Part shown: one piece after another, positions 52,601-57,500 of the stretch
Numbering within the stretch: position 1 is the stretch's first letter
Layout of the letters: each line of letters starts with the position of its first letter
Origin: Podarcis melisellensis
Taxonomy: Eukaryota
NCBI GenBank assembly: GCA_964234715.1
Contig: OZ174277.1
DNA length: 64,000 nt
Direction: 5' to 3' (one strand)
Notes under the pieces: generated by a model
Databases searched by the model: none
What the model was told of the DNA's origin: nothing
What the model saw: only the letters and a program-made list of their open reading frames with translations
Translations under genes and position numbers: made by a program

Positions 52601-54072
52601 TTCTTGTTTCTTCTTTGTTGGCACTACTACTGGACAGTGGGGATGTTTCTTCCTGTTGCTTTTAGAACATTCATAAGCATTGATTGTCTTACTTTAAATT
52701 TCGTGTCCCAATTTTGGGAAGCAAAGCTTTCACATCCCATTCAGGGATGTATTTTGTACTATTTTTATACATAAAACTTTGTTCTTGGGGCTGGCTTTCA
52801 TGTCCACTTGTATGTTAAAGTAATAGAAAATGTTAGTAAGACTGAATATGTACCCTTTTTCTAGTTTTGTTTGCTAAAACTGAAAACATGCCTTTCTCAA
52901 TAGAAACTGCTCAGCTACTTCTAATAGTGTCAGATGGAAGAGGTCTTTTTCTCGAAGGCAAAGAACGTGTCACGGCAGCTGTTCAGTCTGTTCAGAATGC
53001 AAATATCTTCGTCATTTTTGTAGTGTTGGACAACCCTAATTCACGGGTGAGTAAATGAACCATCAGATAATTGTACCACTTTTAACTGGGTGGAAAAATC
53101 ACCTTGGTTGGGTTTAAAATAGGTCCAAGGCATCCTGTATATGAAAAACTTTATTAAACTGGTCAAGCTTCCTGCCAACCATAGATTTGGGAGCTGAGGT
53201 TTCATACTATTAGGAAAAATCTACTTTCATCTGCACTTATTTCTGGTTCTTGCCTTCAACTTTCGTTTTGCTAATAAGAAAATTTGCCTAGTGTTTACAA
53301 ACTTCCAGAGTTAACTGCTGACTACCTTTCCTGCAAAATAGTTTTTTTTATATTTAAATCCAGCTTCTTCTGCCTCTCACCTTGGTGAGGAAAGCAACAA
53401 GTCCCTTTCCATTGGAGGTCCAGCTCAGGTTATTCTCAGCCTGACTTTGCAGGTTCTAGATCAAGGAACAAAATTCTGCGAGCATCTTTGTCTTGACATT
53501 CCCTGCCACAATACTGGCATTTAGTATTCCTACTGTGCTAAGTTTATTTCCAATCACAGGCAGCAGTTTGTGCATGGAGACTATGAGACTATGCTATAAA
53601 AGACCACATGGAGTAGGAAAAAAGCTACAAGTAGTGTATGGTGACAGCCCTGAAATCAGCACTAATATTCTCTCCCTTGGTGACCTCCTGCTTTAGTCTT
53701 CAGTAACTATTGTTAGGATTGTCTGCAAAGGCTACGATCCACTCATTTGAAAACAGAATGAATTGGCTCTTTCAGGAGATTGGTGAGAGATGAGGTCTGA
53801 GGGAGGCAACTTTTTTCATTGATCCCAGCTGCATAATGCTACTTGTGTAGTCCTGTATCTGATGTTGTCATTTTAATTCACAGGATTCCATCTTGGACAT
53901 TAAGGTACCTGTGTTCAAAGGCCCAGGGGAATTGCCAGAAATCAGGTCATACATGGAGGAATTTCCCTTTCCTTTCTACATCATTCTGAGAGATGTGAAT
54001 GCCCTCCCAGAGACCCTCAGTGACGCACTGAGGCAGTGGTTTGAACTGGTGACTGGTTCAGACAATGTGTAG
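612..54072 (+). CDS. MDN1: Midasin (MDN1/Rea1) AAA+ ribosome-maturation ATPase, 3' part, 62 exons in window; 5' part lies upstream of the window
   Basis: Spliced exons join in consistent phase (10,686 nt including stop). Walker A GPAAAGKT, FEWVDG..WLLMDNVN..SVLDRLNALLE, SRAMRNRG, acidic D/E region, MIDAS GDYRTGKRLNMRKVIPY..DDSAS..SDGRG, C-terminus LPETLSDALRQWFE. Confidence 0.98.
811..1071 (+). CDS. MDN1: MDN1 exon 2/62 (last AAA module, Walker A)
   Basis: VGFSILSR..GPAAAGKT..DTTELLGGFEQ. Confidence 0.95.
1289..1559 (+). CDS. MDN1: MDN1 exon 3/62
   Basis: VDIIRPWK..SSYSKP; AG/GT. Confidence 0.92.
2332..2491 (+). CDS. MDN1: MDN1 exon 4/62 (Walker B region)
   Basis: FSRLVEEF..FEWVDGMLVQ..WLLMDNVNFC. 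Confidence 0.95.
3136..3252 (+). CDS. MDN1: MDN1 exon 5/62
   Basis: PSVLDRLNALLEPGG..HPNFR. Confidence 0.95.
3715..3866 (+). mobile_element. Degenerate tRNA-derived SINE with CR1-like tail
   Basis: tRNA(Ile)-like head (ggttagagtgcagtgttgataatgccaaggttgcaggcttgatccc) plus CR1-type 3' end (gggtcccttccaactctacaattctttgattct). Confidence 0.65.
4295..4497 (+). CDS. MDN1: MDN1 exon 6/62
   Basis: LFLSMDPSHGEISRAMRNRGIEIY. Confidence 0.95.
4744..4889 (+). CDS. MDN1: MDN1 exon 7/62
   Basis: SSYTLSALINAA..GDNQK; AG/GT, phase fits. Confidence 0.9.
5145..5347 (+). CDS. MDN1: MDN1 exon 8/62
   Basis: HMLDLIMKH..GLWPDS..YCLNR. Confidence 0.9.
6270..6490 (+). CDS. MDN1: MDN1 exon 9/62
   Basis: TLPLTIHDFE..ATNQDW. 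Confidence 0.9.
7267..7380 (+). CDS. MDN1: MDN1 exon 10/62
   Basis: SVYTQLEAG..LLQPNMT. Confidence 0.9.
7661..7757 (-). mobile_element. Penelope-like element terminal fragment, 97 bp, with 15-bp flanking duplication
   Basis: ACGCAGTGAACATGT repeated at 7646-7660 and 7758-7772; body is homologous to 59208-59353. Confidence 0.75.
7718..7755 (-). ncRNA. Minimal type I hammerhead ribozyme motif (Penelope-type)
   Basis: Minus strand reads GUAU-CUGAAGA-A-GUGUG(CAUG)CACAC-GAAA-GC-UC-AUAC: intact core, helix I and II, palindromic AGCU helix III. Confidence 0.7.
7884..8013 (+). CDS. MDN1: MDN1 exon 11/62
   Basis: EHVIPMDPRWNMQ. Confidence 0.92.
8039..8165. mobile_element. Degenerate short hAT-type MITE (about 130-bp palindromic family)
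   Basis: Shares the cagatgtt..caactc..ggccatg..atgatggg..ccagcaacat..ggagg layout with 40493-40632 and 50086-50212. Confidence 0.5.
8355..8484. mobile_element. Short palindromic hAT-type MITE
   Basis: Inverted ends cagctttcactaacctggtgccct / agggcaccaggttgatgaaggctg; internal ggactaca..tgtagtcc inverted repeat. Confidence 0.65.
8882..8991 (+). CDS. MDN1: MDN1 exon 12/62
   Basis: AILLLDREKK..ALRMSLEFHK. Confidence 0.9.
9137..9270 (+). CDS. MDN1: MDN1 exon 13/62
   Basis: PGSHSSLPHAVVVNLAGFFELWD. Confidence 0.9.
10074..10234 (+). CDS. MDN1: MDN1 exon 14/62
   Basis: ILHCLLWRDRFW..LHWHWV. Confidence 0.92.
10694..10814 (+). CDS. MDN1: MDN1 exon 15/62
   Basis: LPKDIQSASQQIQ..GRPLPFK. Confidence 0.88.
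11731..11941 (+). CDS. MDN1: MDN1 exon 16/62
   Basis: DVGVVDASVQ..GLVLRAN. Confidence 0.9.
12111..12333 (+). CDS. MDN1: MDN1 exon 17/62
   Basis: ELWALVN..VQLWPAMEY. Confidence 0.9.
12743..12869 (+). CDS. MDN1: MDN1 exon 18/62
   Basis: NGSSQQSSL..FCLKFTP. Confidence 0.88.
13097..13397 (+). mobile_element. Sauria SINE with internal 5' deletion
   Basis: Matches 48604-48930 (gccaacctagcagttcgaaagcac..gggaaggtaaacggcgtttcc..cacatgacccggaag); flanked by TATCATCA-type repeats. Confidence 0.88.
14246..14413 (+). CDS. MDN1: MDN1 exon 19/62
   Basis: VSAEEISLVWSEL..TTNPERWLTWQP. Confidence 0.9.
15773..15987 (+). CDS. MDN1: MDN1 exon 20/62
   Basis: GVGILSRAVF..WDVTGLP. Confidence 0.9.
16269..16656 (+). 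CDS. MDN1: MDN1 exon 21/62
   Basis: FTDSRFQG..RGSLWVNLGLLQIQ..DPAVKREYKL. Confidence 0.93.
17439..17548 (+). CDS. MDN1: MDN1 exon 22/62
   Basis: LHHLECEWKT..SHPHI. Confidence 0.9.
18044..18743 (+). CDS. MDN1: MDN1 exon 23/62 (700 bp)
   Basis: MLCQRIQK..EEAAWQQSH..LFRHLCQ. Confidence 0.95.
19593..19754 (+). CDS. MDN1: MDN1 exon 24/62
   Basis: VIINEWDEQER..LYRYR..FPLHEK. Confidence 0.93.
20711..20984 (+). CDS. MDN1: MDN1 exon 25/62
   Basis: DFEDITAE..FARSLWYQQ..FYPLI. Confidence 0.92.
21299..21470. mobile_element. Truncated Tigger/mariner-type MITE
   Basis: TA plus CAGTTGTACCTTGGTTTTCGAA, resembling the TIR of 30675-30907; no right TIR seen. Confidence 0.55.
22170..22405 (+). CDS. MDN1: MDN1 exon 26/62
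   Basis: SEMNDNL..PYDFYHHPN..WPDHPALVQ. Confidence 0.93.
22509..22874 (+). mobile_element. Full-length Sauria SINE (different subfamily)
   Basis: GGGACGC head, A box TGGCGCTGTGG, B box GGTTCGAATCC, (ACCTTT)n tail, CpGs retained. Confidence 0.92.
23095..23190 (+). CDS. MDN1: MDN1 exon 27/62
   Basis: LLVVLDRIRSFPLSSPLSKFLNGLEILLAKSQ. Confidence 0.94.
23451..23545 (+). CDS. MDN1: MDN1 exon 28/62
   Basis: DWEENASRAVSL..WRKLEL. Confidence 0.94.
24101..24225 (+). CDS. MDN1: MDN1 exon 29/62
   Basis: CWSVSLDNT..HWFSIY. Confidence 0.92.
24899..25036 (+). CDS. MDN1: MDN1 exon 30/62
   Basis: VNLKALLGTLQAFIEGSTLGEF..FHCHVLLMPQ; acceptor AG is offset from the pyrimidine tract. Confidence 0.87.
25855..25964 (+). 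CDS. MDN1: MDN1 exon 31/62
   Basis: MLCNVLWNLYNYYKQF..IEKELK. Confidence 0.93.
26153..26226 (+). CDS. MDN1: MDN1 exon 32/62
   Basis: EFVKISKWNDVSFWAIKQSVEKTH. Confidence 0.95.
26778..26973 (+). CDS. MDN1: MDN1 exon 33/62
   Basis: TLFKFMKKFEAALNEPC. Confidence 0.92.
28084..28240 (+). CDS. MDN1: MDN1 exon 34/62
   Basis: AAHLEDIQG..RLPKLTKRM..LDNFT. Confidence 0.9.
28374..28520 (+). CDS. MDN1: MDN1 exon 35/62
   Basis: DIISSSLELQ..QKQRALTELFK. Confidence 0.92.
28835..29030 (-). mobile_element. Old CORE/MIR-like SINE
   Basis: CORE-like aaccctgtggtgtaggttaggctgagaggcagtgcctggcccaagg and tail tttattgcatttatatcccacc; related to 36250-36425. Confidence 0.65.
29254..29380 (+). CDS. MDN1: MDN1 exon 36/62
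   Basis: LSYRKGLAWS..LHPLDL. Confidence 0.92.
30238..30343 (+). CDS. MDN1: MDN1 exon 37/62
   Basis: LLSEISSSWDGCQKYFY. Confidence 0.92.
30675..30907. mobile_element. Tigger/mariner-type MITE
   Basis: TIRs cagtgataccttggtttttgaa / ttcaaaaaacgaggtaccactg, TA on both sides. Confidence 0.85.
31689..31804 (+). CDS. MDN1: MDN1 exon 38/62
   Basis: EIGLGTVERCKGFTAHLM..EQWIIL. Confidence 0.92.
32109..32564 (+). CDS. MDN1: MDN1 exon 39/62
   Basis: NLLSCVQEID..FPPQDGVQQW..ETLFHSW. Confidence 0.93.
33140..33197. repeat. Compound (ATT)n(ATC)n microsatellite
   Basis: Direct reading. Confidence 0.9.
33351..34178 (-). mobile_element. 5'-truncated L2-clade LINE (RT C-terminus and 3' UTR)
   Basis: Frameshifted minus-strand pieces WMAANRLRLNPDKTE, LGVILDSRLSM, HALVISRLDYCN..QNAAARL, HITPVLKDLHWLP, RAFSVVAPTLWNALP; AT-rich microsatellite tail. 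Confidence 0.92.
34558..34787 (+). CDS. MDN1: MDN1 exon 40/62
   Basis: KSFEVCSSG..DFAIWK. Confidence 0.9.
35808..35948 (+). CDS. MDN1: MDN1 exon 41/62
   Basis: NQKSDDGFVE..AILGAIQCL. Confidence 0.88.
36005..36067. repeat. (CT)n(GT)n microsatellite
   Basis: Direct reading. Confidence 0.92.
36250..36425 (-). mobile_element. Old CORE/MIR-like SINE
   Basis: Homologous to 28835-29030 (tttattgcatttatatcccacc..ggagctcaaggtggca..tgtgaggtaag). Confidence 0.6.
36875..37047 (+). CDS. MDN1: MDN1 exon 42/62
   Basis: EESLVDRLKAGHLTKLL..LHVQKIIS. Confidence 0.9.
37256..37417 (+). CDS. MDN1: MDN1 exon 43/62
   Basis: LFNQSCHLL..HRSTGKLLSVLANIFTELA. Confidence 0.93.
37594..37674. repeat. (GATA)n tetranucleotide microsatellite, about 20 units
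   Basis: Direct reading, one interruption. Confidence 0.95.
37769..37906 (+). CDS. MDN1: MDN1 exon 44/62
   Basis: GFCLPKELMED..GGGIGEGEGKKDVSDKIE. Confidence 0.94.
38601..38742 (+). CDS. MDN1: MDN1 exon 45/62 (D/E-rich region)
   Basis: VEDTYQKG..NAIEMSDDFEG. Confidence 0.92.
39784..39956 (+). CDS. MDN1: MDN1 exon 46/62 (D/E-rich region)
   Basis: EDDKSDEELDKQMG..DKLDERLWG..ETGPGMDE; tandem acceptor makes the start uncertain by 3-6 nt. Confidence 0.9.
40493..40632. mobile_element. Degenerate short hAT-type MITE
   Basis: Same family layout as 8039 and 50086; ends in ccctg. Confidence 0.5.
41004..41144 (+). CDS. MDN1: MDN1 exon 47/62
   Basis: GDSELVAKDD..HEQIDE. Confidence 0.9.
41316..41670 (+). 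mobile_element. L2-clade LINE 3' fragment
   Basis: Reverse complement of about 33355-33700 (tttaaagccctaaatggcctcgg..gggaaccaggcagagggccttctcggtagtgg..gtataaataataa). Confidence 0.9.
41730..41898 (+). mobile_element. Second LINE 3'-end remnant after a (TTAA)n run
   Basis: tgttagccactctgagccc..ggggtataaataaataa L2-like tail. Confidence 0.5.
42079..42217 (+). CDS. MDN1: MDN1 exon 48/62
   Basis: REYDENEVDPYHG..LDLPQDLNL. Confidence 0.92.
43217..43512 (+). CDS. MDN1: MDN1 exon 49/62
   Basis: ENPFEIEE..PDQGLNPQ, acidic. Confidence 0.88.
43787..43948 (+). CDS. MDN1: MDN1 exon 50/62
   Basis: KEEAIDN..QSDTAVELAG..KDQAKE. Confidence 0.9.
44931..45032 (+). CDS. MDN1: MDN1 exon 51/62
   Basis: EHGTGAADADQSEGHES..RKNTQ. 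Confidence 0.88.
45493..45694 (+). CDS. MDN1: MDN1 exon 52/62
   Basis: SFKRKPGQANNERS..AFEHIKQG..YDAQTY. Confidence 0.93.
46970..47143 (+). CDS. MDN1: MDN1 exon 53/62
   Basis: VASEEQQK..EKLNPE. Confidence 0.88.
47605..47759 (+). CDS. MDN1: MDN1 exon 54/62
   Basis: PEEVELDG..STIHTAHQF. Confidence 0.88.
48604..48930 (+). mobile_element. Sauria SINE, slightly 5'-truncated
   Basis: B box GGTTCGAATC, body matches the 13097 copy, ccctttacctta tail, (TATG)n on both flanks. Confidence 0.9.
49015..49095 (+). CDS. MDN1: MDN1 exon 55/62
   Basis: CIVKDPEELRRELEKQLEIWQ. Confidence 0.88.
49538..49653 (+). CDS. MDN1: MDN1 exon 56/62
   Basis: EKAAAEMWQRY..LCEQLRLILEPTQAAKL. Confidence 0.95.
49927..50048 (-). 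mobile_element. Degenerate Penelope-like terminal fragment with decayed hammerhead motif
   Basis: Same architecture as the 59208 copy; minus strand reads CUGAUGA-A-GUGGAC(UUUU)GUCCAC-AAAAAGCUU. Confidence 0.55.
50086..50212. mobile_element. Degenerate short hAT-type MITE
   Basis: Inverted ttggactacaattcccat / atgggagttgtagtccaa. Confidence 0.6.
50873..51047 (+). CDS. MDN1: MDN1 exon 57/62 (MIDAS DxSxS)
   Basis: GDYRTGKRLNMRKVIPYVASQFRKDKIWLRRTKPSKRQYQICLALDDSASM. Confidence 0.97.
51599..51672 (+). CDS. MDN1: MDN1 exon 58/62
   Basis: LAYESLAVIGNALSLLEVGQIAVC. Confidence 0.95.
51763..51877 (+). CDS. MDN1: MDN1 exon 59/62
   Basis: FGEAVQLLHPF..FEQKKTKIAQ. Confidence 0.95.
52287..52350 (+). 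CDS. MDN1: MDN1 exon 60/62
   Basis: FLESSTNMFAAAQQ. Confidence 0.92.
52904..53046 (+). CDS. MDN1: MDN1 exon 61/62
   Basis: TAQLLLIVSDGRGLFLEG..IFVVLDNP. Confidence 0.95.
53884..54072 (+). CDS. MDN1: MDN1 last coding exon
   Basis: DSILDIKVP..FPFPFYIILRDVNALPETLSDALRQWFELVTGSDNV, TAG stop at 54070-54072. Confidence 0.96.
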   Translation, partial: DSILDIKVPVFKGPGELPEIRSYMEEFPFPFYIILRDVNALPETLSDALRQWFELVTGSDNV

Positions 54073-54774
54073 AATTTGGCATGTCATGGGAACATATAGT
54101 TGGCAGTTAATGGCAAAGGTCGTCAGCAAATTTGAGTTGCTGTTCAGACGGGCCAGAAATTACACACAAACATAACATGCATTTTTCCCCTTAACAGTGC
54201 AGGAGACTATGCAAACCGTGATGAACTAAAAGACTGTTCACTTTCTTGCCTATATCTGAAAACAGTGGAAAACCATCTCCTGTATTTTTTACTCTTTGTA
54301 TAATTTATTCTTATTTCTGTATCACTAAGAAATAAGTGGCTCCCAAGACTATTTTCTATAGTAGTAAGAAACTAGTTTCCTTCTGAAAGGAAGTTGCAAC
54401 TAGAATGATTAACCATCATTAAAGAATACTTGTTTGTTTTGGGTCACATGTGTGAGTGGGACCCTGTGTTTGGAGGAAGGGTTGAATTTTACACAACCAA
54501 AAAAAACCACAACCACCACAAATCCTACTTGAATACTTGAAACTGTCGCTGAACAGTTGCTGGTTTTATGATAATGCTGGAAGAGTAGTTTTTTTAGAGA
54601 AAGACTCCGCGTTATCATTTTACACTGTGAACTTTGCCCTCTGTTCAAGGGAAATAGTGATAAACACATTTTAGTATCCTGAAAGCATGCCCAAGGCTCT
54701 TTCTGTCGTCTCCTATTCCCTGCCCCCCCCCCAACTTTTTTCATTGCAAAAGCTATGCATCAGTCGTGATTACT

Positions 54775-54780
54775 AATAAA
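54775..54780 (+). terminator. Probable MDN1 polyadenylation signal
   Basis: AATAAA about 700 nt after the stop, followed by a GT/T-rich downstream element (tgttttgctgtttgtattgtggtgt). Confidence 0.65.
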
Positions 54781-56929
54781 CAATGTTTTGCTGTTTGTAT
54801 TGTGGTGTCCATTATTTGTTGGAATATTAAGATTCTATATTAAGAATCTTGGGAACTTAATAGAATTGGTCTAGAGTGGGCCTGACCTTCCTGCGCTGCT
54901 GTGACCTCAGGTCTGCTTCCTCCCCACCACTTCCAGGAAAAGCACTCGTCACATGATGTGTGCTTTGCTTGCACAGCCCATAAAAGAAACGTGTTCACCA
55001 TCAGATTCAGATTTCTCCAGCTTCTTTCCAGAATGGACAAAGATGGGTCCATTGAGCGATCACAAGACCTCTTGGAATTTGCCCTTCTCTCTCTCTACAG
55101 AAGATAAAGAAGGAATTCAGTATAAGGGAAACAATAACAGAAGACCTAAAAAGAAAAAAAGCCAACCATTGTTGATATGCATTTGTCAAAGACCTCCAGC
55201 TCCAGGGAAATGAAGCTGGACAGGAGCTTGGGCTGATGACGTTATCCTGAAAGACTCACTTAAGGCCTTCTTGGAGAAAATGATTTTGAAAGCTACATGG
55301 ATGACCCGGAGCCCTTTGTTTTGCTCTTTTCAGAGGGCAAATCCAAGCCTGATTTCTATGTTTTGACAGTTAATATTCCCACCGTAGTTTTCTCTGTAAA
55401 CAACTGTGACTTTGAGGGGTGACTAAGTTAGCCCCCTTTGGATAAGCACACAGAATATTTAATGTTTAAGGATGATTCTTCGGGCACATTCACTTAGAAT
55501 TTAAGTATTACAGAAAAAAATACATGAGATTAATAGCATAAGAAGCTTGATAAAATGCTGGCATTGCAAGCCAAAATACTGATTGTTGATGCAGAACTGA
55601 GAAACCTTAATTAGATAATAGAATCAGCAGTGGTAAAATTGGGCAGCAAGGAAAAGCTCATATGAAAGGTCCAAAGTGAAAGGAGTGAAAGATGCTCAAA
55701 TGATGTGATGTTTACGCCCAATTTTTCCTTTGGATTAGTCCCCCCCCCCCAACCTTCCTCGGTTTATCAAAGAAAAACAAAAGTTGTAGGAAGGGAGTTG
55801 ATAAATCATGCCCCAAATTCATACTTTGCAACTTCTGCATTAATTTTGATTAAACAATTTACTATCGGTAAATACAAATAACTTCTATTTTCTTAAAAGT
55901 TTTGAATAGAAGTTACATAGCACTATTGTCAAAACCTAGATGCTGCAAAAATGTGTATCAGTGTTAAAAATAGAATCTGCTGTGAATACAGCTTGGTAAA
56001 TTAATCTATAAAGGCAGATTAATTCAGGCCAATTAAAGTCTTTTTCAGCCGGAGATATAAGCATATTGTTACAAGATAGGGGATGGGGAAGAGTGATGTA
56101 CCATTCTGATATGCAGGTTTGGGCTTTCTCCAAAGGATGTTACAAAAATAGGCAGATGCCTTTTATTCCTACTTTAACAAGTTCAGTTGTGTTGCAATAG
56201 GGTAAAGAAAATCTCTGTACTGTTAAAGCTGTTTAACTTCTGATGGAAGCAGTCTTTCACTGATTAAAAAGTGATGTCACCAGAGTTAGAACTTCAAGCT
56301 TGCTCTCAGGCACAGGCCTATGTCACCTTAACTGCAATACTTAGCCTTGGACCTTATGCACTTACATGTGTACCTCTGAGCTTGCAGAAAGTACTTTTTT
56401 GTTGTGTTGTAATATACAGTTAGTTGCATGAGGGTTAACCTGAGCTCAGGTTGGGGCTTAGCAGGCTCCCAGTAGCTTCTGCTCCCCCCCCCCCTTCCTT
56501 TTTCTCTCTGTGTTTGTGTGTGCTCTTCCTGGAGCAAGAGGAGTCGTAGTCATGTGGCTTTGGCTCCCAGCTCAGCTGATCCTGCAGGTGAACTGAATCT
56601 CTCCAAAAGGCAGATTTGAAAAGCCTGCATCTGTGCTATATATACACGATGCTTATTTGTAAGGAAACACAGTTCTTTCCTTTCTTGGGTCGTTTGTTTC
56701 ACTGCCAGCCGACGGAGGGCTTATTTCGTTGCAGCTTCTGGAAACTGTGAGTAAATATTCCACTTATTTGCAAATCACTTATTTGAGTATTTTCGTGGGG
56801 AATGTTTGTTGAAAGGTGGATGAAGGCGGATGTAAATCTAACCAGGTTAAAAAAGGTGCTTGGAGCAATCACCGTTGTGCTTGACGCTGCCATGAAAGAG
56901 TAAAACTCTTTCAAAGCCCTCTCTCGGCC

Positions 56930-57500
56930 CTTTACGTGGGCTCCGCTTAGCTCTGGCCGGAAGCTCTGGCTTCGTCGAAGCTCTGGCTTCGTCGGCGAGC
57001 CTGCAGGAGTCCGTTCCGGCCTTCTGTTTTGAGAGGAGGAGCCTCTCTCGGCCCACCCTGCGCCGTCCTTTCCAAATATCTGCAAAGTGCGCGCGCTTCT
57101 CCCTTGCAACCCTGCGCGAAGGGCGGCCTGCTGAGCCGCTCGCCCCGCAGAAGCAGAGTTTTTCTCTCCCTCCTCGAGGAGCTGCCCGGCGCCGCAGCCT
57201 CGTTCTTCCCAAGAGCCTGGAGAGAGACGCCGGGCGGGGAAGGGGGAGCCTCCGCTTCCCTTTCCTCTGACACGCCTCGGCAGAGCGCAGAGAAGGAACC
57301 ACGCCGAAGCGAAGCGCGCGCGCGCCTCAGTCATGGCGTCGTCCCGGCTGCCCCCGACGGCGCTCACTCTGAAGCAGGTAGAGAGGGAAGGGAAGGCAGG
57401 TGCCCACCAGCGAGGCGACTCTTCGCCCTTTCCTCGGCGAGGCAGAGAGCAGGGTCTAGGCTTGGCGACCGGGCATTGGAGGAGGAGACTGCAGGGTCGG
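56930..57500. promoter_or_regulatory. CpG-island promoter/first exon of LYRM2
   Basis: Sharp rise in GC and CpG against CpG-poor flanks; GC boxes, a (GC)6 run at 57314-57325 just before the ATG, and a YY1-like ATGGCG start context. Confidence 0.85.
57333..57377 (+). CDS. LYRM2: LYRM2 coding exon 1
   Basis: ATG in CpG island, MASSRLPPTALTLKQ, CAG|GTAGAG donor. Confidence 0.93.
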
